A stretch of DNA of 64,000 nt from an uncultured Chlamydiales bacterium (GTDB taxonomy: Bacteria > Chlamydiota > Chlamydiia > Chlamydiales > JAAKFR01): contig OY969414.1 of NCBI GenBank assembly GCA_963699155.1, forward strand, positions 875,757 to 939,756. The letters run 5' to 3'. A program made the position numbers and the translations under genes. Shown piece after piece: positions 10,284 through 20,006 of this stretch (positions are counted from its first letter, which is position 1; the number at the start of each line of letters is the position of its first letter). The notes beneath the pieces are model-generated. The model was not told the origin of the DNA, made no database searches, and saw nothing but the letters and a program-made list of their open reading frames with translations.

Positions 10284-10799
10284 TTAGGCCTGAACAAATT
10301 GGTGCATGCGGGCGATGACGTAGTCGATCATCTCGTTGGTCTCTTTGACCCCATGTTCGAGGAGATTAATGAGAGCCACTCCTTCTTCGATCATCACTGC
10401 TTCATCGCGATTGCCTGGGGGCAGTTTTTTTTCTTCTTCTCCCTCTTTGCGCTCAAATCGGCCATGCGTCTTTCGATTGAGAAAGGTTTCGAGCTTATGG
10501 ACATCGGCATCTTGCCGCTCTTTGGAGCCGAGCGAAGGGGCGACATAGGAAGAGGCAAAGCGTTGGAGATAGTAGTTCTTAGGGATAGCGAATCGGGCCC
10601 ACATCTTCCTTTGATAGGTTTGCATGAGCAAAACGATCGCAGGATGTTTGGGGACAAAATCGAGAATTTTTGTTTGTACGGCGACGATACCGGCGCCGCT
10701 GGGTGTGAGATGGTACTGTTTGCGGAATGCCTCCACCTCTTGCTGATCGTGGGCATAACGCTCGTGGGTGGTAATGTCGTAGCTGTAAATCTCAACCAT
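10284..10799 (-). CDS. Conserved chlamydial protein, CT273-like
   Basis: MVEIYSY start and C-terminal IARMHQFVQA resemble CT273 family (recalled); paired with the TPR gene. Confidence 0.7.
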   Translation of the reverse strand: MVEIYSYDITTHERYAHDQQEVEAFRKQYHLTPSGAGIVAVQTKILDFVPKHPAIVLLMQTYQRKMWARFAIPKNYYLQRFASSYVAPSLGSKERQDADVHKLETFLNRKTHGRFERKEGEEEKKLPPGNRDEAVMIEEGVALINLLEHGVKETNEMIDYVIARMHQFVQA

Positions 10800-10900
10800 A
10801 AACGGTATGTTACCGATTGGAGAGATTGGTTGCAATAGTCGCAACTCGTAAAGATTGTGTAAATTGCTTTTTTAGGAGGGGATCGTTTATCTTGCTTGGC

Positions 10901-11779
10901 ATGTTTCACCAGCCCATCTTAGTTCCTGTTTTTTTAGAGTTTTTTCACGGAAGGCCACTTCGGGCTTTCGTCGACGGGACAGTGGGCGCTGGGGGACATG
11001 CAAAAGCATTGCTGGAGCACCATCCTGAAATCGAAAAATTTTATGGGATTGATCAGGATCCCATGGCTTTAGAGATGGCTGCCGAGACCTTGAAGCCTTT
11101 TTTGGATAAGGTCATCTTGATTCAGGGTAACTTCCGCCATATGCGGGAGTTAGTTGAGGAGCAGAATGTGAATGGCATTTTTCTCGACCTGGGTGTCTCA
11201 TCGATGCAGCTCGATCGGCCGGAAAAGGGGTTCAGCGTCTATAAAGAGGGCCCTCTCGATATGAGAATGGATCCTGACCTGCCCCACGATGCTGCCTATG
11301 CAGTGAATAGCTTGCCGGAAATAGAGCTAGGGCGCATCTTTCGGGAATATGGAGAGGAGAGACGCTGGCGCGCTAGCGCAAAGGCGATCGTGGAGGCGCG
11401 TAAAAAAAAGAGAATCAGGACCACCACCGATCTGACAGAGGCGTTGAAGCATACGCTCACTTGGGGTGGTCGGGGAGGCAAGAAAATCCATCCGATGACT
11501 CTCGTTTTTCAGGCCTTACGCATCTATGTGAATGATGAACTAGGAGCGATTGAGGAGGCCATTCCGCTTGCGATTGACTGGCTGGTGTCGGGTGGTAGGA
11601 TGGGTGCGATCTCCTTTCACAGTCTCGAAGACCGTATTGTCAAACATCGTTTTAAAGAGAGTGCCCAGAAGGGAGAGAGCATTCTTTTGACGAAAAAACC
11701 GATCATCGCTGATCGTAGTGAAGTGAGAAGCAATCCCCGCAGTCGTTCAGCAAAAATGCGCTTTGTGGAAAAGAAATGA
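10901..11779 (+). CDS. rsmH: 16S rRNA m4C1402 methyltransferase
   Basis: HQPIL, DGTVGAGGH, DLGVSSMQLD, PLDMRMD, FQALRIYVNDEL, SFHSLEDRIVK, NPRSRSAKMR; start reassigned to ATG 10901. Confidence 0.97.
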   Translation: MFHQPILVPVFLEFFHGRPLRAFVDGTVGAGGHAKALLEHHPEIEKFYGIDQDPMALEMAAETLKPFLDKVILIQGNFRHMRELVEEQNVNGIFLDLGVSSMQLDRPEKGFSVYKEGPLDMRMDPDLPHDAAYAVNSLPEIELGRIFREYGEERRWRASAKAIVEARKKKRIRTTTDLTEALKHTLTWGGRGGKKIHPMTLVFQALRIYVNDELGAIEEAIPLAIDWLVSGGRMGAISFHSLEDRIVKHRFKESAQKGESILLTKKPIIADRSEVRSNPRSRSAKMRFVEKK

Positions 11780-12060
11780 GATTGGGTACTTTCATCCGCA
11801 TCCTTCTCTGCATCCTGACAATCGGGATCTTTCTTTATGCCTATATCAACAAGCAAAATTCGATCACCGAAATGCGTCTCCAAATCCCCAATGCTTCAAA
11901 AGAGTTGCAAGCGGCTAGCCAAGAAAATATCCGGCTGCAGTTTGAAATCGATCAATTTGAAAGCCCCCAACATCTGATGGAGATGGCTGGCAGACCCGAA
12001 TTTAGCCACCTCAAACATCCCTTGCTCGATGAGATCATCACCATTGAGGTGCAAAAGTGA
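11776..12060 (+). CDS. ftsL: Cell division protein FtsL-like
   Basis: 94 aa, one TM then coiled coil, between rsmH and ftsI. Confidence 0.8.
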   Translation: MRLGTFIRILLCILTIGIFLYAYINKQNSITEMRLQIPNASKELQAASQENIRLQFEIDQFESPQHLMEMAGRPEFSHLKHPLLDEIITIEVQK

Positions 12061-14039
12061 AAAAGCAGCGCCTCGTCATCGTCTCTTTGAGCCTCTTTTT
12101 TCTCTTTTCTCTTCTGATTGCCCAATATTTCAAGATTCAGATTCTTGAGAGTGAAAAATGGACCCAAGCTGCGATCGGGCAGCACGAATGTATCGTTAAA
12201 GAACCCTTTCGCCGAGGTTCTTTTTACTCCAATACCAACATCAAGAAGGGGCATCCCGAATCGCCCCAGCCTTTTGTTGTCGATGTGACAAAATTTCACC
12301 TCTACATCGATCCTGTTTCGATACCCAATGTCTATAAGGGTGAAATTGTGAGCCAACTCGCCCAGCTCGCACTGGTCAAACCGGAGATGCGAAAAGAGTT
12401 CGATGTGAAAAGTCGTTCGCGACGCCTCGCCCTTTGGCTGGAGAGGAGCACAAAAGAAGAGGTGATGCGCTGGTGGATTCCTTATGCCAAAAAGAGAAAG
12501 ATCCCCTGCAATGCACTCTACTTTGTGACCGATTATCGCAGATCCTACCCTTTCGGAACGATGTTGGGGCAGGTTCTGCATACCATCCGTGAGATGAAAG
12601 ATGAAACGACGGCAGAAGGATTGCCCACAGGTGGTTTAGAGGCCTATTTCAACAACTATCTTAAGGGCAAGCAGGGTAAACGGAAAGTGCTCCGCTCACC
12701 ACTCAATCAATTGGAGACGGATAAGGTGATCGAAGCCCCTCAAGATGGGGCTGACCTCTATTTGACAATCAACCATTGCATCCAAGCGATCGTCGAAGAA
12801 GAGTTAGAAAAAGGGGTCAAAGCATCCCAAGCGAAGGGTGGGTGGGCTGTAATGATGGATCCTGCGACAGGAGAGATCCTGGCGCTGGCCCAATATCCTT
12901 TTTTCGAACCAGGTCAATACCGCTCCTTCTTTAATGACCCTGAAAAGATCGAAACCTCGAAGGTGAAAGCGATCACCGATGCGTTTGAGATCGGCTCGAT
13001 CATGAAACCGATCACCATATCGATCGGCCTGAAAGCCAACGAAGAGCTGAAAAAGCAGGGAAAGGCTGCGCTCTTCAATCCGCTCGATAAAATTGATGGG
13101 ACGCGGTCAATCTTCCCTGGAAGGGGGAATAAGCCTCTCAAAGATGTGCCTGGAATGCATCGCGCGCTCAACCTCTATATGGCCGTTCAAAAGTCCTCGA
13201 ACGTCTATATGGCGCAGATCGTCGATCGGGTCATCAATACTTTAGGAAATGATTGGTACCGCAAACAATTAGTAGAGACTTTTGGATTCGGGGCAAAAAC
13301 GGGCATTGAGCTTCCTGCAGAGGCTGTGGGAATCGTCCCCACACCAGGTAAAAAGCATCCCAATGGGGCTTTAGAATGGTCGACCCCCACACCCTATTCT
13401 CTCTCGATCGGCTACAACCTTTTAGCCACTAGCCTGCAGATGCTCCGTGCGTATGCCGTCTTCGCCAATGGCGGTTATCTCGTGCAGCCCTCTCTTGTCC
13501 GCAAAATTGTCTTGGGGGAGAGCCTCATCTATGACAGCTCCAAGACGAAAGAAAAGCGAAAACGTGTTTTGGAGCCCTTTATCGTCAAAGAGGTGGTGAA
13601 AGCGATGAAATTTACCACCAAACCGGGTGGAACAGGCGCTCTTGCTGATATTACAGGCTATACCGAGGCGGGAAAGACAGGGACGGCCGAAAAGATTATC
13701 AATGGAGCCTATTCAAAAAAGCTGCATATCTCCTCCTTTGTCGGTTTTGCCCCTGCACCCTGTGAGGAAAAGGGCTGCGCGCGCCTCGTCCTCATCGTCT
13801 CGATCGATGAACCGGCTGCGATGTTGACGGAGAGCGGTGCTAAGAATCAGATGGGAGGGCGCTGCGCTGCTCCTGTATTCAAAGAGATCGCCAAACGGAC
13901 TCTCGAATATTTAGGGATTACCCCTGATGACCCTTGCGGCTATCCTCCTGGAGATCCCCGCTACGATGCTGAGAAGGCAGATTGGGCAAAGGAAGTCCGC
14001 GAACTCAAAATTCTCTACGATCAATGGAACAAAAGTTAA
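12057..14039 (+). CDS. ftsI: Penicillin-binding protein 3 (FtsI)
   Basis: N-terminal TM, GSIMK (SxxK), KSSN (SxN), GKTGTA (KTG). Confidence 0.95.
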   Translation: MKKQRLVIVSLSLFFLFSLLIAQYFKIQILESEKWTQAAIGQHECIVKEPFRRGSFYSNTNIKKGHPESPQPFVVDVTKFHLYIDPVSIPNVYKGEIVSQLAQLALVKPEMRKEFDVKSRSRRLALWLERSTKEEVMRWWIPYAKKRKIPCNALYFVTDYRRSYPFGTMLGQVLHTIREMKDETTAEGLPTGGLEAYFNNYLKGKQGKRKVLRSPLNQLETDKVIEAPQDGADLYLTINHCIQAIVEEELEKGVKASQAKGGWAVMMDPATGEILALAQYPFFEPGQYRSFFNDPEKIETSKVKAITDAFEIGSIMKPITISIGLKANEELKKQGKAALFNPLDKIDGTRSIFPGRGNKPLKDVPGMHRALNLYMAVQKSSNVYMAQIVDRVINTLGNDWYRKQLVETFGFGAKTGIELPAEAVGIVPTPGKKHPNGALEWSTPTPYSLSIGYNLLATSLQMLRAYAVFANGGYLVQPSLVRKIVLGESLIYDSSKTKEKRKRVLEPFIVKEVVKAMKFTTKPGGTGALADITGYTEAGKTGTAEKIINGAYSKKLHISSFVGFAPAPCEEKGCARLVLIVSIDEPAAMLTESGAKNQMGGRCAAPVFKEIAKRTLEYLGITPDDPCGYPPGDPRYDAEKADWAKEVRELKILYDQWNKS

Positions 14040-14041
14040 GT

Positions 14042-15490
14042 ATGAAACTCAAAAAACTGATCGCTGACATGCAAATTACGGTTTACCGAGGATCTCTCGA
14101 TGCTGATATTACAGGCGTCTGTTCACACTCCAAAAAAGTGGCCCCAGGCAATCTCTTCATCGCCAAAAAGGGGAGCCAGGACGATGGCTCAAAGTACATT
14201 GAGCAGGCGGTAGAAGCGGGTGCGGGAGCCATTTTGTCCGACCATCCCAATCCTTTTCTGAAGGGACCCGTTCAGCTGCTACATCCCTTTCCTGAACGTG
14301 TCGAGGCACATCTGGCAGCCCGTTTTTACAATTATCCTTCCCAAGAGTTGCATATGGTGGGGGTGACAGGGACAAATGGCAAAACGACCACGACCTATCT
14401 GCTGAAACATCTTTTGGATGGCTTGTCCTGTCCCTGTGGACTTATCGGAACGATCGAATACCTTGTGGGAAGATACCGTTTCGAAGCCGATCGCACCACT
14501 CCCGATGCTTTAACCAACCAAAAATTACTCCGCGAAATGGTGAAGCAGGGGTGCCAATCGGCGGCCATGGAGGTCTCTTCACATGCTCTGGCTCAAGGAA
14601 GGTGTGATCAGATCGCTTTTGATGCTGCTGTCTTTACCAATCTCTCCCAAGATCATCTCGATTACCATCATACGATGGAAAACTATGCTGCTGAAAAAGC
14701 GAAGCTCTTCTCTCAGCTAGGATGCGACAGTGCCGCCATCGTCAACCACGAATCGCCCTGGAAGGGGAGGATGATTGCAGAGTGCAAAGCACGGGTCATC
14801 AGCTATGGCTTTTCTCCCGATGCCGATCTCTATGCTGATGAACTTGTCATGGACCCTGAAAAGAGCACTTTTACAGCCCATTATCATGGGGAAAGTCTCC
14901 GTTTGAGTTGGAATTTGATCGGTCGACATAACATTTTGAACTGTTTGGCCGCTGTTGGCGTCTGTCTTGCCAAAGGAGTGCCGCTCTCGCTTCTGCCTCC
15001 TCTGGTTGCCAGCTTCCGTTCAGTTAGGGGGCGTTTGGAAAAAGTGGAGAACAGAAGAGGGATCCACCTCTATGTTGATTATGCCCATACTCCTGATGCT
15101 CTGGAAAAGGTGCTTATCTGTCTCAGAGAAATCAAACAGGGCCGCTTGATCACAGTCTTTGGCTGTGGGGGTGACCGCGACAAGGGTAAACGGCCAAAGA
15201 TGGCGCGCGCTGCCGAAGAGGGAAGTGATTATACGATTGTCACCTCTGACAATCCCCGTTCTGAAAATCCGAAACAGATCTGTGCAGAGATCGCAACCGG
15301 CTTTTCCTCCCAGAACTTCACCATCATTCTCGATCGGCGCGAGGCCATCCAAGAAGCGATCCGGATGGCTACACCGAAAGACTTGATCTTAATTGCGGGA
15401 AAAGGGCATGAAACTTACCAATTATTTTCTCATCATACGATTCCCTTCGATGATCTGAAAATTTCCCAAGAACTAGCAAATCGAGTGTAA
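14042..15490 (+). CDS. murE: UDP-MurNAc-Ala-Glu--mDAP ligase
   Basis: GVTGTNGKTT, MEVSSHAL, FTNLSQDHLDYH, DYAHTPDAL, TSDNPRSE, AGKGHE; ATG at 14042. Confidence 0.97.
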   Translation: MKLKKLIADMQITVYRGSLDADITGVCSHSKKVAPGNLFIAKKGSQDDGSKYIEQAVEAGAGAILSDHPNPFLKGPVQLLHPFPERVEAHLAARFYNYPSQELHMVGVTGTNGKTTTTYLLKHLLDGLSCPCGLIGTIEYLVGRYRFEADRTTPDALTNQKLLREMVKQGCQSAAMEVSSHALAQGRCDQIAFDAAVFTNLSQDHLDYHHTMENYAAEKAKLFSQLGCDSAAIVNHESPWKGRMIAECKARVISYGFSPDADLYADELVMDPEKSTFTAHYHGESLRLSWNLIGRHNILNCLAAVGVCLAKGVPLSLLPPLVASFRSVRGRLEKVENRRGIHLYVDYAHTPDALEKVLICLREIKQGRLITVFGCGGDRDKGKRPKMARAAEEGSDYTIVTSDNPRSENPKQICAEIATGFSSQNFTIILDRREAIQEAIRMATPKDLILIAGKGHETYQLFSHHTIPFDDLKISQELANRV

Positions 15491-15536
15491 GGGTGAAAAT
15501 CTCCCAAGAAACTAGCAAATAGAGCGTAAGTGTGAA
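15456..15536 (+). repeat. Diverged 38-bp tandem duplication of the murE 3' end and amiA start context
   Basis: TGAAAATTTCCCAAGAACTAGCAAATCGAGTGTAAG versus TGAAAATCTCCCAAGAAACTAGCAAATAGAGCGTAAG. Confidence 0.85.
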
Positions 15537-16269
15537 GTTTTTTGTATCAGCCTTTTTGATGTTCCTATTGACCGGTTGCGGCTATCACCAATATATGCCG
15601 CCAGATATCACCTCCATGCGTATAGTCACCAGAAAGCCTCCTCCGCCACCCTTGAAACAGGAACTCATCATTGTCGATGCGGGACATGGAGGAAAAGATG
15701 CAGGTGCTAATAGCAAAAAAGAGGGCTATGAAGAGAAAGATCTCACACTCGAAACCGCTTTTCTCATCGTCGATTCTCTGAAGCAGCTCGGCTATAAGCC
15801 GGTGATGACCCGAAAACAGGATCTTTTCGTGCCCTTAGAAACCCGAGCAGAGATCGCCAACTCCCTCGAAGCCGACCTTTTCGTCAGCATTCACTACAAC
15901 TACTCTGTCAGTAAAGAGGCGGAAGGGGTTGAAGTTTTCTACTACAAAGAGGGAAAAACACCCCTCTCTACTCGCGTTGCCCGTTCTAAAGAGCTAGGAC
16001 AAGAGGTGCTGAAAAAAATCGCCAAACAGACCGGCGCCAACTCCCGCGGTGTCAAACAGGCCAACTTTGCTGTCGTCCGCGAAACTAGCATGCCCGCCAT
16101 CCTCATCGAAGCTGGCTTCCTCTCCAACCCCACTGAGCGCGCTAAAATCAAGGACCACAACTACCGCCTCACCCTCGCCCAAGGCATCGCCCAAGGCATC
16201 GACACCTACCTTCGGGCTCATAAGACAATAAAATCCGCAATTGGACAACGCGAAAGCTCCCGCGATTGA
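15532..16269 (+). CDS. amiA: N-acetylmuramoyl-L-alanine amidase (Amidase_3), probable lipoprotein
   Basis: IIVDAGHGGKD, EKDLTL, FVSIHYN, PAILIEAGFLSN; LTGC lipobox; last ~18 aa come from a palindromic element. Confidence 0.95.
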   Translation: MKFFVSAFLMFLLTGCGYHQYMPPDITSMRIVTRKPPPPPLKQELIIVDAGHGGKDAGANSKKEGYEEKDLTLETAFLIVDSLKQLGYKPVMTRKQDLFVPLETRAEIANSLEADLFVSIHYNYSVSKEAEGVEVFYYKEGKTPLSTRVARSKELGQEVLKKIAKQTGANSRGVKQANFAVVRETSMPAILIEAGFLSNPTERAKIKDHNYRLTLAQGIAQGIDTYLRAHKTIKSAIGQRESSRD

Positions 16270-16375
16270 ATGATCGCAAGCGACCCCATATTGAGTTAAT
16301 ATTGGGTCGCTTGCGATCATTCAAGCCCGAGGCTTTGGCGCCGCCCAATTGCGGATTTTATTGCCTTATGAGCCC
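16214..16375. mobile_element. 162-bp palindromic MITE-like element overlapping the amiA 3' end
   Basis: Arms GGGCTCATAAGACAATAAAATCCGCAATTGG / CCAATTGCGGATTTTATTGCCTTATGAGCCC, inner arms TTGAATGATCGCAAGCGACCC / GGGTCGCTTGCGATCATTCAA. Confidence 0.75.
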
Positions 16376-16462
16376 TTACCCAAAAAAAGAAAGCCCGACC
16401 CTAACCCACACGTTGTCCACACTCTCGTGCGCCTATCTGTGTGAAGTTAGGTCGAGCTTTTA

Positions 16463-16536
16463 CGTCCTCGGCGCGAGTTGAACGCGCGACCTGTCGCTTA
16501 GGAGGCGACCGCTCTATCCACCTGAGCTACGAGAAC
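16463..16536 (-). tRNA. tRNA-Arg(CCT)
   Basis: GTTCTCGTAGCTCAGGTGGATAGAGCGGTCGCCT-CCT-AAGCGACAGGTCGCGCGTTCAACTCGCGCCGAGGACG folds as a cloverleaf; CCA not encoded. Confidence 0.96.
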
Positions 16537-16625
16537 ATTTTGCGTTTAGATTTGACGATCGGGCGCGGCGCCTACTGCATGAAAGTATGTCGCCGCGCCC
16601 GATCTCCAAATCTAAACGCAAAATG
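16536..16625. repeat. 90-bp near-perfect palindrome abutting the tRNA 5' end
   Basis: CATTTTGCGTTTAGATTTG...GATCGGGCGCGGCG / CGCCGCGCCCGATC...CAAATCTAAACGCAAAATG. Confidence 0.85.
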
Positions 16626-16685
16626 CGTCAGCAGCGGGCGCGCTTATCGAAAGCTAGCTATAATGTAGAGCATAAATAGTCTAAC

Positions 16686-18413
16686 TCAAACACGAGTAAA
16701 GATTACACTAAAAATAGATTTGAATGTTTCACCCAAACTCATCCCTTGCACAATTTTTCGAACCATTATTTCTGCACCGCTAACTTTGAGATCGCAGGCT
16801 TTTTTCAAATAGAGGCAGGCGGAAGCTTGGTCTCCTAATTTGTGATAAATCACTCCTAAGGCGATAAAGCGCTTAGGATTATCAAACCACCCTAAAGGCT
16901 CGATGAGAGCTTCTAATTCGCTCTTTGACCAATTATCCCAAGAAGCAGGGTCTTGTTCCATAACAAAGATGGCCTTAGCGCTGAGGATACCCTGTTCAAA
17001 AGATTTACGCATCCAGAAGGTCCAAGGCTCTTGTGTTTTAAGATAGAGACGATCGCTTCCATAGCATAAGAGATAGCCCAGTTCATACTGGCAGTCAGCA
17101 TTGCCGAGTTGAGCTCCTCTTTCTAAATAATGTCGACTTTTTTGGAGATCTATCAGCTCCAGGTATTTGCTACCTTCCTTACACATATTCCAGACACGGT
17201 GGCAAGCTACGGGATGACCTTGATCAGCAGCTTGAGTGAAGTGGTAGAGGGCTGATTGGCGATGCAGCGGCTCACTTTTGAAAAAATGGTGTTTTCCTAA
17301 CTCAAAGTGGGCTTCTGTACTGCCACGCAAGCGCCAAGGGATGAAACGCAACCATAAGGTCCATCTGGTAGCAGCGCCTCTGAGTAGGAGTTTTTCGATT
17401 TTAGCATCTGTGATTTGTTTAGGAAAAAGTTGGGTTTCCGTTGTGTAGAGCCTTACCAGTTCATGGTTACGGGTATAATCACCTCTTTTGTTTCTTAGAA
17501 AAAGATCGATAAAAGGGAGAGAGCATAATTTTTGGAATTTAGGCCAAGCATCAGGATCTTTCATCTCTTCATCAGTGAAAACTCGAGGAGTAGAAGTTCT
17601 TCCTCCAAATTTGTCTGTACCGGGTAAATAATCCTCTCCAGGGGCGTTTGCAAGGATACCAATTACTTCTCTTTGATAAGAAATGGGGGAACCAGAATAA
17701 CCCGCAAAGCAATCTCCCCCGAAAGCAAAGTAGTCTGGGTCCCCCTTGTCATATAAAAAACCAGCACTAAATTTTTGTGGTAAACCTTGAGAATGACCAA
17801 TCATCTCACCTACGGGTAGATCAGTTGTTTTCTTATAGGGAATGGGTTGGGAAAAATTGAGAGAGAGGGGAGTTCTTCCCACAACCTCACTAACTACCTT
17901 AAAAATAGCCCAATCTGGTTTTTTTTCTATAATGTGCCCTTCTTCATCACATTTTGGAGCTGAAAAGGCCACCACTTTTTTAATTTTATAGACATCTTGA
18001 GAAGGAAATTGTGTGCGAGGGGTTTTTGCATCCTCCATTTTAAAATCAAAGACAATCAAGTCATCTTTTATATCTTCTGGCACACAATGTCCGGCGGTTA
18101 AAACATATTTCGGATGGATCAAAAAAACGGTTCCAGTTGCCGGGGAGGGCTCTTTCCTAAATTTCACACCCTTATATCTTGCATCTTTCCGACGCTCCAT
18201 TCTCGTTTTGAGGTCGGGTACGATAATCGACGATAGTGCATAGCCATCTGGTCTTGATATGATATGGGAACGAGGGATGATGGCGGCGACTGCTCTTGCT
18301 TGTTCCCTCAATAATGGATCTGTCAGCTCATAAATGTTTTTTCTCCGATCCTCTTTCCAATAAATAGCTTTTACTTGCCCGTGATTTTGAGTAGAAAGTA
18401 GTGACATAATCAC
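16686..18413 (-). CDS. Trypsin-like serine protease fused to Sel1-like repeats
   Basis: Triad motifs YVLTAGHCV, DWAIFKV, GDCFAGYSGSPI; C-terminal Sel1 repeats (FTQAADQGHPVA, ERGAQLGNADCQYELG); AT-rich. Start may be ATG 18407. Confidence 0.85.
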   Translation of the reverse strand: MIMSLLSTQNHGQVKAIYWKEDRRKNIYELTDPLLREQARAVAAIIPRSHIISRPDGYALSSIIVPDLKTRMERRKDARYKGVKFRKEPSPATGTVFLIHPKYVLTAGHCVPEDIKDDLIVFDFKMEDAKTPRTQFPSQDVYKIKKVVAFSAPKCDEEGHIIEKKPDWAIFKVVSEVVGRTPLSLNFSQPIPYKKTTDLPVGEMIGHSQGLPQKFSAGFLYDKGDPDYFAFGGDCFAGYSGSPISYQREVIGILANAPGEDYLPGTDKFGGRTSTPRVFTDEEMKDPDAWPKFQKLCSLPFIDLFLRNKRGDYTRNHELVRLYTTETQLFPKQITDAKIEKLLLRGAATRWTLWLRFIPWRLRGSTEAHFELGKHHFFKSEPLHRQSALYHFTQAADQGHPVACHRVWNMCKEGSKYLELIDLQKSRHYLERGAQLGNADCQYELGYLLCYGSDRLYLKTQEPWTFWMRKSFEQGILSAKAIFVMEQDPASWDNWSKSELEALIEPLGWFDNPKRFIALGVIYHKLGDQASACLYLKKACDLKVSGAEIMVRKIVQGMSLGETFKSIFSVIFTRV

Positions 18414-18524
18414 TCCTAAATAAGTAAAGGCAAGGAGAATAACACCTTTTTATTAAATTGAATATCATTTTCTAGACCGGGCTTTTAGGGCATGATATAT
18501 TAGAAGAAATAAGGGGTTTTTTTT

Positions 18525-19973
18525 ATGCAGGCAGATATTGGGTTGATCGGGTTGGCAGTGATGGGGCAGAACTTGGTCTTGAATATGAATGACCATGGCT
18601 ATACGGTCGCCGTGTTTAATCGGACAGTTTCGAAGGTGGATGACTTTTTGAAGGGTCCGGCGAAGGGGACGAATGTCATTGGCTGCCATACGCTTAACGA
18701 ATTTGTTCAGAAGCTGAAACGGCCGAGAAGGGTGATGCTGATGGTCAAGGCGGGAGATCCGGTGGATGAGTTTATCAACCAGCTGGTGCCGCTACTCGAG
18801 AGGGGAGATATCATTATCGATGGGGGAAATAGCCACTATCCCGATACCAACCGTAGGTGCCAGGATCTGAAGAGTAAGGGGATCTACTTCATCGGTACGG
18901 GGATTTCTGGGGGCGAAGAGGGGGCGCGTCATGGACCTTCGATCATGCCAGGTGGCCACCCCGAAGCGTGGCCCTACGTAAAGAAAATCTTCCAAGATAT
19001 CGCTGCCAAAGTGGATACAGGCGAACCCTGTTGCGATTGGGTCGGTGAAGATGGGGCTGGCCACTATGTCAAGATGGTCCACAATGGGATCGAATATGGC
19101 GATATCCAGCTGATCTGCGAGGCCTTCTCTTTGTTGAAGAACCTTTTAGGATTTGATTACCCAAAGATCGCAGATATTTTTACCGATTGGAATAAGCGAG
19201 AGCTCAATAGCTATCTGATCGAAATTTCGAGCCACGTCTTTCGGACGTTGGATGAGGATGGGAAGCCGCTTCTCGACAAGATATTAGATGTGGCGGGTCA
19301 GAAGGGAACGGGGAAATGGACCGCCATCGATTCGATCGAGATGGGGATCCCAGTCACTCTGATCAGCGAAGCGGTTTATGCGAGATGTCTTTCGGCGATG
19401 AAGGACGAGCGAGTCCAGGCGAGTAAGAAACTGGGAGGCCCATCCCCACAATTTAAAGGGAACCCTCAGGAATTCGTTGAGGCGATCTTTTACGCCCTTT
19501 ATGCTTCCAAAATCATCAGCTATGCGCAAGGGTACATGCTCATGCGAGAAGCTTCACGTGATTATCAGTGGCACCTCAATTACGGGGGAATCGCCTTGAT
19601 GTGGCGTGGGGGCTGCATCATCCGCAGCATCTTCTTGGGCGATATCAAAAAGGCTTTTGAGAAAGATCCTCACCTCTACAACCTACTCCTCGATGACTTT
19701 TTCAAAAAAGCGATCGATAAGTGCCAACAGGGGTGGAGAACGGTGATTGCGACCGCGTCGATGAATGGAATTCCCGTTCCCTGCTTAAGCACCGCTCTCT
19801 CCTTCTACGATGGCTACCGCTCGGCTCAACTGCCAGCCAATCTCCTGCAAGCGCTTCGAGATTACTTTGGTGCCCACACTTATGAGAGGGTGGACAAACC
19901 ACGCGGGGAACACTTCCATACCAACTGGACTGGGACTGGGGGTGTCGTGAGCGCCTCCTCGTACTCGGTTTAA
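18525..19973 (+). CDS. gnd: 6-phosphogluconate dehydrogenase (decarboxylating)
   Basis: GLIGLAVMGQNL, GHYVKMVHNGIEYG, QKGTGKW, RDYFGAHTYER. Confidence 0.98.
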   Translation: MQADIGLIGLAVMGQNLVLNMNDHGYTVAVFNRTVSKVDDFLKGPAKGTNVIGCHTLNEFVQKLKRPRRVMLMVKAGDPVDEFINQLVPLLERGDIIIDGGNSHYPDTNRRCQDLKSKGIYFIGTGISGGEEGARHGPSIMPGGHPEAWPYVKKIFQDIAAKVDTGEPCCDWVGEDGAGHYVKMVHNGIEYGDIQLICEAFSLLKNLLGFDYPKIADIFTDWNKRELNSYLIEISSHVFRTLDEDGKPLLDKILDVAGQKGTGKWTAIDSIEMGIPVTLISEAVYARCLSAMKDERVQASKKLGGPSPQFKGNPQEFVEAIFYALYASKIISYAQGYMLMREASRDYQWHLNYGGIALMWRGGCIIRSIFLGDIKKAFEKDPHLYNLLLDDFFKKAIDKCQQGWRTVIATASMNGIPVPCLSTALSFYDGYRSAQLPANLLQALRDYFGAHTYERVDKPRGEHFHTNWTGTGGVVSASSYSV

Positions 19974-20006
19974 CCTTGAATATTGCCATCTGATCTCTTA
20001 TTCTAG

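Noticed and set aside
16463..18500. Integrative element or prophage at tRNA-Arg
   Set aside because: No integrase and no duplicated tRNA 3' end found; the accessory gene lies on the 5' side.
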